Shown piece by piece: positions 7,728 to 17,783 of a stretch of 50,990 nt of DNA. A program made the position numbers and the translations under genes. Source of the DNA: a bacterium (GTDB lineage: Bacteria > Zhuqueibacterota > Zhuqueibacteria > Zhuqueibacterales > Zhuqueibacteraceae); the NCBI GenBank assembly GCA_044869275.1, contig JBIOXB010000050.1:1-50990 (forward strand), in the 5' to 3' direction. The stretch's first letter is position 1. Each line of letters begins with the position of its first letter. The notes beneath the pieces were generated by a model. The model was given only the letters and a program-made list of their open reading frames with translations, did not search any database and was not told the origin of the DNA.

Positions 7728-10649
7728 ATGTGGCCTAACGAACTAAGGAAGGGTCGAGACATCATTCGCATTTCAGCCTGCACGTGGATTACCGCCTGCA
7801 TCGTTTCCCTTCAGGTCTCTCCCCTCTTTTCGCAAGAGAGCCGTATTTTCGACAAAGAAAAAGTCGTGCGCTACGATGAGCGGCTGAAGTTCTATCTCGA
7901 CCAAAAAACCAGAGATCATCTCGTGGAGATGGCGGCCAAAGAGCGCGTGCAGCTGGAGACGGTCAAGAATCTCGTGCTCGAGATTAAACAACGCGGCGCA
8001 GCGGGCGTGAGCCGCGACGAGGCCGGCTTCAATCTGATTTACGGCGAGATGCAAAAAATGACGGCCGATTACTCCGCGGAGCTGGACGCTATTCTGGCCA
8101 TTTTGGATGAGATTCAAGCCCTGTCGCAAACGCTCGATCAGGAAAAACGCCATGATCTGCTCGAACAATTCGGCGATTTGAAGGACCGGTTGCTGGCCAC
8201 GATCGACAGCCGCACCATCTACAAAAAGTCCATCGGCACCACGAGCTACAAAACCGGCTTGATGCGCGAATATAACGTCGAAGTCGATTCGCTGCTGCGC
8301 ATGTACCACCGCCTGGAAAAATTCGAGCGCACGGCCACCGCGCGCCGCGACACTTCTGCCGTGCAGCTGGCCCGCCAGCAAAAGAAAAAGCTGCAAACGA
8401 TCATGGCGGCTTCGCCGGGTGAAACCACTGCTGCGCCGAAAGTCACCTCCGCTTATTTGCATGAAGTGGACGAGATTCTGAAGCTATTGACCGAGCTGGA
8501 CCAGCTCGAGCGGCCGGCGGCCAAGCAAGCGCTCGAGACGGCGATCGAAGCAGAGCAATTGCGCCGCGAATTGGTCACCCATTTGGACAAGAATCTGATG
8601 GCGCTGCTCGGTTTCTCCCAACATGCCGCAGACCGCGCGACATTGGAAGAGTCGTTTCAAGCCTGGCGCACGAAGCAGATCGCCGCATACGAGGTGCGGC
8701 GCACGAAATACGCCATCGTAAAAAAGAACTTGCTCGAAACCGGCGCGGTGAAAGAGCGCAGTCGCATGCTCAATCGCGATTTGAGCGACGCGCTGTTGAA
8801 TTATGCCTCCGAGAGTTACGACGTCGCCGACCTGCAGTTCGGCACGGTGATGGAAGAGTATGGCCATTTTTTTTCGAACTGGGAAGCGGTGCGTTTTTAT
8901 CGCACGGAATGTCTGTACGCGCGCGGCATTTTTGCCGAAGCCACCAGCGCGTACAACCAGCTCTTGCGCGATTTTCCGGCCGGCAAATTCCGGGAAACGG
9001 TTTTGCTGCGTTTACTCACGATGGCGCATCATCTCAACCAAGTTGAGCCCTTTTTCGCTTATTATCGCCAACTGACGGCGTTGTCGCCGGCAGCGGACGC
9101 GAAGATCGTCGATCGCGCGCAGTACTTGGCCGGCTATTATCAGCTCAGACTTGGCCACTACGGCGCGGCAGATTCGACCCTGGGTTCGATATCCAGCGGC
9201 AAATACGCGCAGGCGGCCAGTTATTTGCGCGGCATCGCACAGGCCCATCGCGGCAACCTGGCCGCGGCCATGATTTCTTTCAAGCAAGCTGCGGGCACGG
9301 AAGCTTTCCCCTGGAGCGGTGCGGGGCAGACTTCCATTCGCAACCATGCCCTGCTGCGGATGGGATATTTGCATTATGAGCGCGGTGAATATGCCGAAGC
9401 AGCGAAGTATTTCGACCAAGTTTCGCGTGGCGCGGAGCAGCGCGAGCCAAGTGTGCTGGGCAAAGCGTGGGCGCTCGTGCAGCAAGACAGCGTGAGCCGC
9501 GCGGTCGCACAATTGCGCACCCTGACGCAGGGCAATTTGATGTCCGATTACGTCTATGAAGCGCTGGTGCTGAGCGCGCACTGCAAGCGTTTGCTGCACG
9601 AGCCCGAGGCTGCCATGCGTGACCTGCGTTACGTCACCAGCGCGCGCGGAATCTTGGAGCTATCACGCGACTACCATGAGGAACGCAATCAAATCGTGGC
9701 GCAAATGAGCGAGCTCGACCGTATGGAACGGGACGCGCTGGAGCACCAGGACCAGTCTTTGTATGATCTCGTGTCCCAGGCACGGCAATCACTGCAAGCC
9801 ACGCTGGTGAGCTTCAACTATCACGGCCCGCAAGGCAATTTGCGCAGCGAAGAATTTGCTGAAGAACGCCGCAACATTTTCAATCAACTGCAGCAGCTCG
9901 ATGAAGTGATCGCGAACGCACAAGCCATGGGTATGGAGGAGGTCGCGCAAGAGGCCGTCGCGCGCCGCAATCGCCTGATCAAGACTTTGGAAACTTATCG
10001 CGCCGACCAGTCCATGCAGGCCGTCAATTATCTCGTCGAATATCCCATGGCGATCAAGGAAAGCGGGCTGGAATATCGCCGGGAAGTGATTGGCAACCTG
10101 GCAGCACATTTGACGAGCGAGCAAGAGCGCGTGAGCGCAAACCTCGACAGTCTGGGCGTACTGGCAGCGAAGAGCGCTGGCGGCTCGGCGAAGCTGGGCC
10201 TGGATTTGAAGATATTGCAGGAAGATTTGAACCATCTCAAGTTTCGCATGGATCGTTTCCAAACCTGGCTGGCAAGTTATAAAGTCAGCGAAGCGCACAG
10301 CAATTTTGATCAATGGGCGGACTATTCCGGTTTCGAGCTGAGTGACCTGGCTTTTCAGGAAATCACGCAGCGCGAACAACGCATCGCCTCGGCTTCGCAG
10401 AATTTGACTTCCATTCAAAACCTGCTGGAAGGGCGCAAAACCGACTTGGAAATGTTCCTGAAGCACATCGACACCGAGATGAAGCGTATAGAGGAAGAGA
10501 TCGTCGAAGAGCAAATCCGCCTCGACAAGCTCGAGCATGAGAAGTATTTCGAGAACGTCTATTTCGACAAGTCGGAAGCGGAATTCCGCACTGAAAAAGT
10601 CGAAGAGAAAAACAGCGGTATGGATGATTTACTGCGTGATCAGGAGTGA
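7728..10649 (+). CDS. Large exported TPR/coiled-coil protein (GltC-like by context)
   Basis: Signal-peptide-like N-terminus, central TPRs (AVRFYRTECLYARG, ALLRMGYLHYERGEYAEAAKYF), helical termini. Start uncertain (7710 TTG or 7728 ATG). Confidence 0.75.
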   Translation: MWPNELRKGRDIIRISACTWITACIVSLQVSPLFSQESRIFDKEKVVRYDERLKFYLDQKTRDHLVEMAAKERVQLETVKNLVLEIKQRGAAGVSRDEAGFNLIYGEMQKMTADYSAELDAILAILDEIQALSQTLDQEKRHDLLEQFGDLKDRLLATIDSRTIYKKSIGTTSYKTGLMREYNVEVDSLLRMYHRLEKFERTATARRDTSAVQLARQQKKKLQTIMAASPGETTAAPKVTSAYLHEVDEILKLLTELDQLERPAAKQALETAIEAEQLRRELVTHLDKNLMALLGFSQHAADRATLEESFQAWRTKQIAAYEVRRTKYAIVKKNLLETGAVKERSRMLNRDLSDALLNYASESYDVADLQFGTVMEEYGHFFSNWEAVRFYRTECLYARGIFAEATSAYNQLLRDFPAGKFRETVLLRLLTMAHHLNQVEPFFAYYRQLTALSPAADAKIVDRAQYLAGYYQLRLGHYGAADSTLGSISSGKYAQAASYLRGIAQAHRGNLAAAMISFKQAAGTEAFPWSGAGQTSIRNHALLRMGYLHYERGEYAEAAKYFDQVSRGAEQREPSVLGKAWALVQQDSVSRAVAQLRTLTQGNLMSDYVYEALVLSAHCKRLLHEPEAAMRDLRYVTSARGILELSRDYHEERNQIVAQMSELDRMERDALEHQDQSLYDLVSQARQSLQATLVSFNYHGPQGNLRSEEFAEERRNIFNQLQQLDEVIANAQAMGMEEVAQEAVARRNRLIKTLETYRADQSMQAVNYLVEYPMAIKESGLEYRREVIGNLAAHLTSEQERVSANLDSLGVLAAKSAGGSAKLGLDLKILQEDLNHLKFRMDRFQTWLASYKVSEAHSNFDQWADYSGFELSDLAFQEITQREQRIASASQNLTSIQNLLEGRKTDLEMFLKHIDTEMKRIEEEIVEEQIRLDKLEHEKYFENVYFDKSEAEFRTEKVEEKNSGMDDLLRDQE

Positions 10650-10739
10650 CCATGCCAGACTGCCCGAGCCGTTGTTTCGCATCAACTTTCAGACTAACCG
10701 TGACGATGGCAAACGGAATGGCCTTGGGCCAAACCTGCT

Positions 10740-13700
10740 ATGAACCGGAGGACGTCATTGTATATAGGGCTTAGGACGCTCGCATTGCTGTTGTTGGCGT
10801 TATGGCCGGCTATTTTCGAGGCAAGCCCCGGCATGGCGCAAACACGCAGCGGAAATAGAGCCGGCACCCCACGCGCGGCCAGCGGCAAGGAAAAATTGCC
10901 CGCGGGCGCCAAGCGCGATTCGGTGCTGAAGGGCTACAGCATCAACGATTTGCTGGAATACAAAGATTTTTATGAAGGCCATCGGCTGCGCATGGAAGGC
11001 GAGCGTGTGCGCTTGCGGGAGAAGGGCATCCGGGACATGGAGGCCTTCATTCAGAACTCCCCGGACAGCCGCATTCTCGACAAGGTGATCATGCGCCTGG
11101 CCGAGTTGTATTATGAAAGCGCGCTGGAGCTTTATACCAGCGCACAGGAACAATTCACGGTGCAGCTCGAGCAATTCGACAAGGGCCTGCTGGCGGAACA
11201 GCCGAAAGAACCGCGCAAAGATTACGGCCGCGCGCTGGCTTTGTATCAGCGCATTCTCGATGAATATCCGCGCAGCGCGCTGCGTGACGATGCGCAATAC
11301 AATATCGCCTTCTTGACCGAAGATCTCGGCATGCGCGAACCCGCCGTGCAGCTCTTCGAGAAATTCGTCGAGGAGTACACCGACAGCCGCTATCTGCCTG
11401 ATGCTCTCTTTCGCATCGCGGAGTATTATTTCAACCCGCCGGTGCATGACCTGCAACGCGCCATCCCGATCTACCAGCGCGTGATGAAATACGAGGACAG
11501 CCCCAAGTACGTTGAGGCGTTGTATCGTTTGGGGTGGGCGCATTACAAGCAAAACAATTATCCCGAGGCGATTTCATACTTTACGCTGGTGGCGGATGAT
11601 TTGCAGCGCGCCCAAGAACTCGATCCCCACAACAAAATTACCAATCCCGGCTTGGCCAGCGAATCCATCGAATATATCGGCATTTCTTTTCTGGAATTCA
11701 AAGGCGTGGACGGCGCTGCGGATTTCATCGCGGCGTTAGGGGGCCGCGAGTACGGCGCGGATATTCTGCGACAGATTGGCGACATCTACATGAATGTCAA
11801 AGAAGAGTACGACAACGCCATTCATTCCTATCGCTTGTTGCTGCGTTTGTACCCCTATGCACCCGAAGCGCCCGTCGTGCGCGCGAAGATCGCCGAATCC
11901 TTTCGCGCGTTGGAAAATGAAGAAATGGCTTATATGAATCGCGACAGCTTGTTTCTGAGCTATCGTGAAGGCACACCGTGGTGGGAAAAGAATACCAAAG
12001 AAGAAGTGCGGGCCAAAGGCAGAAGCCTGGCGGAGCGCGCCTTGCGGGAGAATATCAACCTCCTGCTGAGGCGTGCAGACGAGCTGGCCGACGACGGCTT
12101 GTACGCGCAGGCCGTGAACGACAGCCGTAAATACCTCTCGGCTTTTCCGAAGGACACGACCGCGGCACAGATTCATTGGAACCTCGCACTCACGCTCGAC
12201 ACCAAGCTGCGCACCATGAACGACGCGTTTGGCGAGTATATCAATATCAGCAATCTGTACTGGAACAGCCGCTTTCAAAAGCTCGCGGCGGAAAATGCCA
12301 TCGCGCTGGCGCAGGAGATGGTGTCGGTCGATAGCGTACAGAAACCCGAGACCCTGCCGTTGAGCTTGGGCGAGATGAAAAGCGTCGTGCAAATGGATTC
12401 CACCAAGGCCCGGCATGTGCTCAAGCTCGAGCTGAGGCCAATGGCGCCGGGCGAGCAGAAGCTCGCCACCGCGCTGGACAATTATATCAAGATCTTCCCG
12501 CATGAGATGGCGACGACCGAGCGCCTGGCGCAAGCGGGTGCGCTGTTCTACAACAAGAACGACTTTTCCAGCGCGTTGAAATACTTCAAGACCCTGCTGC
12601 GCCATTTTCCGGAAAGCTCGGAAGCGGCCTATGCGCAGTATCTCACCATGGAAAGCTACTTCGGCAAGCTCGATTACAAGAGCTGCGAGATCGTGGCCAA
12701 GCGCATTAAAGTGATCGGCCATTCGGAATTCATGGGCAAAGCCGAGCAGCGTTTGGCGGAATCGATCTTTTTGCAGGCCGAGGGCCTGGCGAACGCCGAG
12801 CAGCACGTGCGCGCTGCGGAGGAATACCGCCGCGTATTTGAAGAAGTGCCCACGGCGGAATTTGCCGATCTGGCCTTATACAACGCCGGCCTCGAATTCG
12901 ATCAGGCGCAAGAGTATCGCCGTGCGGTGGAAACTTATGCGACGCTCGCAGACCAGTTCCCCAAATCGCCGCACTATCTCAGCGCGCTGAACAACATGGC
13001 GTATGACTACGGCGAGCTTGCCGATCATCTGAACGCCGCGCTCACGTTTGAGAAGTTGGCGAATGAGGAGCCGGATTCGGCCAAGGCGGAGGTCAATCTC
13101 TTCAACGCCAGCGTGTTTTTTGTGCGGGCGCTGGATTGGCCGCGCGCCATTCGCGTCAATCGCCGCTTCGTGGAGAGATATCCGCGGTCCAAAGACACGC
13201 CGGATTTGTACTACGACATAGCCAACTTTCATTTGAAGCTGGGAGAATTCGAAAGCGCGAACAAAGTCTATGGAGAATATGGCGAGCGCTTTCCGAACTC
13301 GCCGCGCACGGTGGAGACGTTTTATCGCCGCGGCGAATATTACGAGGGGCAAAACAATCTTGAGCTGGCACGCTCGGAATATGAGAAAGCCATCGTCAAA
13401 AGCGATGGCTTTCGCAAAAGCAACAACGACTTCAATCCTTTCTTCGCGGCGGAAGCCTTGTTTCGCTTGTGCGAGCTGAAGTATCGCAATTTCGCGCAAA
13501 TCCGTTTCCGCTTGCCGGCCGCGGCAATGGAAGAAAGCAAGCAGCGCAAGAAGAATGCGGTGATTGACATCGTGGACAGCTACACGCGGGTGGCTGGCTA
13601 CGGCACGCTGCGGTTGTATGAAGCGACTTACAAAATCGGTGCTTCGTATGAGGAATTCGCACAAACCTGGGCGGATCAGGAAATCCCCGAAGTCAACGAT

Positions 13701-15338
13701 GAGCGCCGCATCGTCGCCAAAAAGGAAATCAACCAAACCGCGGCGCTGCTTTTCGAGCGTGCTTTATCGGCTTACAAAAACGCGGCCATCGCTTTGGAGC
13801 GCCTGGTGCAGCGACACAGCCAAGCGCTGGCGGATTCCAGCTCTCAGCCGGACACGAGTGCGGTGCGCACGGGAAAAGTAGCCCAGCCCGACACCACATT
13901 GCTGGTGGGGCGCCCCTGGATTGCAAAGAGCAAAGAGAAAATTTCCGAAGTCATATTCGACATCGCTGAGCTGAATCATTCGTCCATGCAACAGTTGTTG
14001 GAAGCGCCGCTGCCGGACAATATGGACAAAATCTCGGCACTGGAGTTTCGCCGGCAGTTGCTCGACAATTTCGTCAAACCCATCGTCGCGCAGATTCTGT
14101 CCGCCCATCAACGCAACATTCAGCAATGTGATTCGCTACAGATCGAAAGCGCGTGGGTCGAGCAATCGCGCAAAAGAATAGTGGAAACGAACAACCTGCT
14201 GGCCCGGGAATACGTCAAGCTGGCGCAGCGCGCGTTGGAGCAGTATGGCGAAAACCTCGGCGCGCACAAAAACTTCGTGGCCGAAGGCGATGTACGTACC
14301 GTCGATGTGCAGGAAGCCATGGCGAACTTGATCGATTTCAATGGCAAATTTGCCCAGGCGGCATTCGCGACTTACTTAGAAACGTTGGGCCACGGCCAGC
14401 GGGCGCACGTTCGTCCGCAGGCGCTTGCCGAGACCCAGGACGCCATGCTGCAATTCGCTTTCTTGCATGCGCGTTCGGCGGATTCACTGGCGGCTGCGGC
14501 GGAGAAAGAGCGCCGCGCCTGCGAAGATAAATTGCGCGGCGGTGCACCGGCGATCTATCAGGAGGCTTTATTCGCCTACGAAGACAATGCGCTCGCTCTG
14601 AAGGACGCGCACAAAGAAGTATTGGCCGCAGGTTTTGCAGCAATGCGGGCGCAGGACATTCGCAACACCTGGTCGGAAAAAATTGCGCTGGCGCTGGTGC
14701 GCAGCGATCCGGTGAAATACGCCGGTGAGCTGGGCCTGGCCATCGCGGACACCACACTGCCCACAGATGCGGCTTGGCAAGCGGCTTCGGGCTATGTTGC
14801 GGGATGGACCGATCTCACTGCCACGGGAACGCAGTGGGTGGCCGCGCAAACCATCGGCGACGGCACGCAGTTCGCCGGCTATGCGACAAAGCGCCTGTGG
14901 CTCCCAGCCACGAACGCGCAGGATTCGGTGCAATCCGACACCAGCGCGGCGCGGCAAGTGCTGGCGAACAAGGCGGGCAAGACTGTGTACTTTCGCAGGG
15001 TGTTCGCGGTGCAAGGACTGCCCGTGGCAGGTCAGATTCAAATCGCCACCTCGGGCTCATATAATTTGTTCGTCAACGGGGAATTCATGGCGCAAGTCGT
15101 AAAGACCGGCAACGACGGCAGCGCGCCGCGTGTTCATCATGTACTGGAATTTCTCAAGCCCGGGGAAAACGTCCTGGCGCTCGAGGTACAGGCATCCGGC
15201 CACGCAGCTGATGCATTGGAAGCGATAGTGTTCCTGAAGAGTTTGCCGGGCTGGGAACAACGCCAGACGGAATTACAAGCGCAAAAAGAAGCGAACGACG
15301 AAGCCTCGGTGCAACCGAGAGTCGCGCCCAAGTTATAA
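10740..15338 (+). CDS. 1532-aa exported TPR protein (AgmU/GltD-like) with a C-terminal galactose-binding-like beta-sandwich
   Basis: Signal peptide; many TPRs (DDAQYNIAF, DALFRIAEYYF, EALYRLGWAHYK); C-terminal VYFRRVF...YNLFVNGE...LKPGENVLALEV. Confidence 0.8.
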   Translation: MNRRTSLYIGLRTLALLLLALWPAIFEASPGMAQTRSGNRAGTPRAASGKEKLPAGAKRDSVLKGYSINDLLEYKDFYEGHRLRMEGERVRLREKGIRDMEAFIQNSPDSRILDKVIMRLAELYYESALELYTSAQEQFTVQLEQFDKGLLAEQPKEPRKDYGRALALYQRILDEYPRSALRDDAQYNIAFLTEDLGMREPAVQLFEKFVEEYTDSRYLPDALFRIAEYYFNPPVHDLQRAIPIYQRVMKYEDSPKYVEALYRLGWAHYKQNNYPEAISYFTLVADDLQRAQELDPHNKITNPGLASESIEYIGISFLEFKGVDGAADFIAALGGREYGADILRQIGDIYMNVKEEYDNAIHSYRLLLRLYPYAPEAPVVRAKIAESFRALENEEMAYMNRDSLFLSYREGTPWWEKNTKEEVRAKGRSLAERALRENINLLLRRADELADDGLYAQAVNDSRKYLSAFPKDTTAAQIHWNLALTLDTKLRTMNDAFGEYINISNLYWNSRFQKLAAENAIALAQEMVSVDSVQKPETLPLSLGEMKSVVQMDSTKARHVLKLELRPMAPGEQKLATALDNYIKIFPHEMATTERLAQAGALFYNKNDFSSALKYFKTLLRHFPESSEAAYAQYLTMESYFGKLDYKSCEIVAKRIKVIGHSEFMGKAEQRLAESIFLQAEGLANAEQHVRAAEEYRRVFEEVPTAEFADLALYNAGLEFDQAQEYRRAVETYATLADQFPKSPHYLSALNNMAYDYGELADHLNAALTFEKLANEEPDSAKAEVNLFNASVFFVRALDWPRAIRVNRRFVERYPRSKDTPDLYYDIANFHLKLGEFESANKVYGEYGERFPNSPRTVETFYRRGEYYEGQNNLELARSEYEKAIVKSDGFRKSNNDFNPFFAAEALFRLCELKYRNFAQIRFRLPAAAMEESKQRKKNAVIDIVDSYTRVAGYGTLRLYEATYKIGASYEEFAQTWADQEIPEVNDERRIVAKKEINQTAALLFERALSAYKNAAIALERLVQRHSQALADSSSQPDTSAVRTGKVAQPDTTLLVGRPWIAKSKEKISEVIFDIAELNHSSMQQLLEAPLPDNMDKISALEFRRQLLDNFVKPIVAQILSAHQRNIQQCDSLQIESAWVEQSRKRIVETNNLLAREYVKLAQRALEQYGENLGAHKNFVAEGDVRTVDVQEAMANLIDFNGKFAQAAFATYLETLGHGQRAHVRPQALAETQDAMLQFAFLHARSADSLAAAAEKERRACEDKLRGGAPAIYQEALFAYEDNALALKDAHKEVLAAGFAAMRAQDIRNTWSEKIALALVRSDPVKYAGELGLAIADTTLPTDAAWQAASGYVAGWTDLTATGTQWVAAQTIGDGTQFAGYATKRLWLPATNAQDSVQSDTSAARQVLANKAGKTVYFRRVFAVQGLPVAGQIQIATSGSYNLFVNGEFMAQVVKTGNDGSAPRVHHVLEFLKPGENVLALEVQASGHAADALEAIVFLKSLPGWEQRQTELQAQKEANDEASVQPRVAPKL

Positions 15339-15345
15339 TGAGAGG

Positions 15346-15816
15346 ATGAAGATGAACAAAAAAGTCATTTGGAGTTTCATCCTTCTGGCGCTGCCCATTC
15401 TGGCGCAGGCGCAAGAAAACCCGCCGTCCCAGGAGATGGCAAGGCCACAGACGCCGAGCCGGCCGGATTCTTTGCAGGCGTGGAAGAAGCTCAATCAAGA
15501 TCGCGGCCAGCGGCCCGCTGCCGAGGCCGCCGCCGGCCTTAAAGGCGCGGCAGAGAAAAAAGATGAGCCCGCCACCGAAGAAATCGATCTCGGCACGTTT
15601 GCGATTCAAGCCGTGATTGAAAAACCGAACGTTGACATCATTCCCAAACGCACCGCGCCGGATTGGGAAGACATGCACGTGCTCGAGCGCAGCTTCGGCC
15701 AGGAGCTGAAGGAAGTTCCGGAGGAGCTGATGCTCAATGACGAAGAATTGGATCGTGCGCAAAAATTGGAGACGTTGAAGAAGGCCGGTCCGCCGCCGGA
15801 AGATAAGAAGAAGTAG
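15346..15816 (+). CDS. Small exported protein resembling CglF/GltF
   Basis: Signal peptide (ILAQA|QE), low-complexity linker, then EIDLGTFAIQAVIEKPNVDII...LERSFGQELKE, resembling the GltF-type IDF..I.G...KP....R.F..EL pattern. Confidence 0.6.
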   Translation: MKMNKKVIWSFILLALPILAQAQENPPSQEMARPQTPSRPDSLQAWKKLNQDRGQRPAAEAAAGLKGAAEKKDEPATEEIDLGTFAIQAVIEKPNVDIIPKRTAPDWEDMHVLERSFGQELKEVPEELMLNDEELDRAQKLETLKKAGPPPEDKKK

Positions 15817-15935
15817 AGCGAAACGATTTGCGCCTTACGCATACTTCGGGTCAGGCGTGAAATGAAATACGTCAGTAGTGGTTTAAAGACCTCATGTGTT
15901 ACTCGTAACCCCCGCACATTTATTGGAGGCTATTC

Positions 15936-16598
15936 ATGGAAGCTTTTTGGTCGGAATTAATCAATGCCTTTCGTTGGGATGACGACGGCAGCACGTTCAT
16001 GTACTTGATCCTGTTTGTCGGCGCCTATGCGCTGGCAGTGGCCGTCGAGCGTTCCTATTTTTTGATGGTACGCTCGAACATCAACGCGGACAAGTTCATG
16101 GGTGAGATTCGCAAACTGGTGCGCGCCGGTGAATTCAAAAAAGCACTTGCGCTTTGCGAAGCGGCGCCGCAAAAAGCCTTGCCGCGCGTCGTGGGCGCAA
16201 GCTTGCGCAAAGTCGCGGAAAATGAACAGGCGGATTTTCGCTCCATTCAAAACAGCGTCGACGAGTGCACGCTCGAGATCATTCCCAGCCTGCACAATCG
16301 CACCGGCTCCCTGGCGATGTTGTCCAACGTGGCGACCTTGCTCGGACTGATGGGCACGGTCTATGGCTTCATCATTTCCTTTAAAGCGGTGTCCTCGGCC
16401 GGTATCGATGCCGCGGAAAAAGCGCGCATGCTCGCAGCGGGTATCAGCGCCTCCATGACCGCCACCATCTTGGGTCTGGCCGTGGCCATTCCGGCGATCA
16501 TGTTCTATACGTTTCTCTACAATCGCACCGCCAAGATTATCGACGAAATCGACGAGCACACCGTGAAGTTGATCAATCTTCTCACCGGGAATAAATAA
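15936..16598 (+). CDS. MotA/TolQ/ExbB proton-channel protein (AglR-like)
   Basis: ATLLGLMGTVYG and GISASMTATILGLAVAIPA TM motifs; RBS GGAGG. Confidence 0.9.
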   Translation: MEAFWSELINAFRWDDDGSTFMYLILFVGAYALAVAVERSYFLMVRSNINADKFMGEIRKLVRAGEFKKALALCEAAPQKALPRVVGASLRKVAENEQADFRSIQNSVDECTLEIIPSLHNRTGSLAMLSNVATLLGLMGTVYGFIISFKAVSSAGIDAAEKARMLAAGISASMTATILGLAVAIPAIMFYTFLYNRTAKIIDEIDEHTVKLINLLTGNK

Positions 16599-16601
16599 GC
16601 C

Positions 16602-17141
16602 ATGGCTTTTAAACCTTCACTGCGCCGCCATCACAAAGTGGTGAGCACGGAATTGAATCTCAATCCTCTCCTGGATGTGATGACGGCTTTGATTCCGCTG
16701 ATGCTCGCCAACGCACAGTTGGCAAAGATCGGCGTTATTGACTTGAACCTGCCGCCCGCGGTCACGGCGAGCGCCGGACAAGGCGCTGCCGGACTGCCGA
16801 AGGAGACCGCGCGCAACCTGGATTTGGTGGTGACCATTACGGACAAGGGTTTCTACATTGCCAGCGCACTGTCCGCGCGGGACACGGCGGCCAGCGCCCC
16901 CGCCATCGGAATTCTTGCCAATGGCGAGTACGATTTTCATGCGCTTTCCCAAAAGCTCCATGAAATCAAGCAAAAAGTGGGGAGCGAATTTGCCGATGCG
17001 GAATCCGTCGTCATACAGGCGGAATCCAAAATCCGTTATCAAACTCTCGTCAGCACGATGGACGCGGCACGCAACCATCAGACCGAGGGCAAGATCGAAG
17101 TGCTTTTCCCAAATGTCGCTTTGAGCGCAGGAATTTTGTAA
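16602..17141 (+). CDS. ExbD/TolR family protein (AglQ-like)
   Basis: ELNLNPLLDVMTALIP with the conserved Asp; YQTLVSTMDAAR...LFPNVAL. Confidence 0.88.
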   Translation: MAFKPSLRRHHKVVSTELNLNPLLDVMTALIPLMLANAQLAKIGVIDLNLPPAVTASAGQGAAGLPKETARNLDLVVTITDKGFYIASALSARDTAASAPAIGILANGEYDFHALSQKLHEIKQKVGSEFADAESVVIQAESKIRYQTLVSTMDAARNHQTEGKIEVLFPNVALSAGIL

Positions 17142-17183
17142 GGTTCCATCTGACAACGGTTTTCAATTTCTTTCTGAGCGCAT

Positions 17184-17690
17184 ATGGCTTTCATACCTTC
17201 CCGAATCAAGAAACACAAAACCGAGATGCCCGAAGCCAAGCTGAACTTGACTTCGATGCTGGATACATTCACGGTTTTGTTGATTTTTCTGCTGCAAATC
17301 TATTCGACCGACGGACAGCTCATCTCGCCTTCGCAGTTTCTGACACTGCCCAATTCCAACGTCGACCAGCCGCCGGAAGTCGGGCTGGACGTGGTGGTTT
17401 CAAAAAATATGATTCTCGTCAACCACGAAAAGGTGGTCACCATGGAAGACGTCTTGGCCAACGACCCCAAGGTTCTCGAGAACGGCATCATCAAGCCGCT
17501 GCGGGAGCGCCTGCTGTATTACAGCTCGCAGGCGAAAAAAATGGAAACCGACTACGGCGTGAAATTTTCCGGCAAAGTGGTGATTCAAGGCGACAAAGAT
17601 CTGCCTTACGTCGAGCTGGTCAAGGTCATGCGCACCTGCGGCGTGGCCGATTATCCCAACATGCGGCTGGCGGTTTATCGCACCGAATAG
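17184..17690 (+). CDS. ExbD/TolR family protein (AglS-like)
   Basis: LNLTSMLDTFTVLLIFLL; IQGDKDLPY..LVKVMRTC. Confidence 0.88.
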   Translation: MAFIPSRIKKHKTEMPEAKLNLTSMLDTFTVLLIFLLQIYSTDGQLISPSQFLTLPNSNVDQPPEVGLDVVVSKNMILVNHEKVVTMEDVLANDPKVLENGIIKPLRERLLYYSSQAKKMETDYGVKFSGKVVIQGDKDLPYVELVKVMRTCGVADYPNMRLAVYRTE

Positions 17691-17783
17691 GGGCCGGGGG
17701 AGTTTTTGGTTGGATTTTCGCAAGCCGCGAGATCCCGATTCAAGGATGAAGATGAACGGACAAAAACGGAACGGCAGCGTGAG

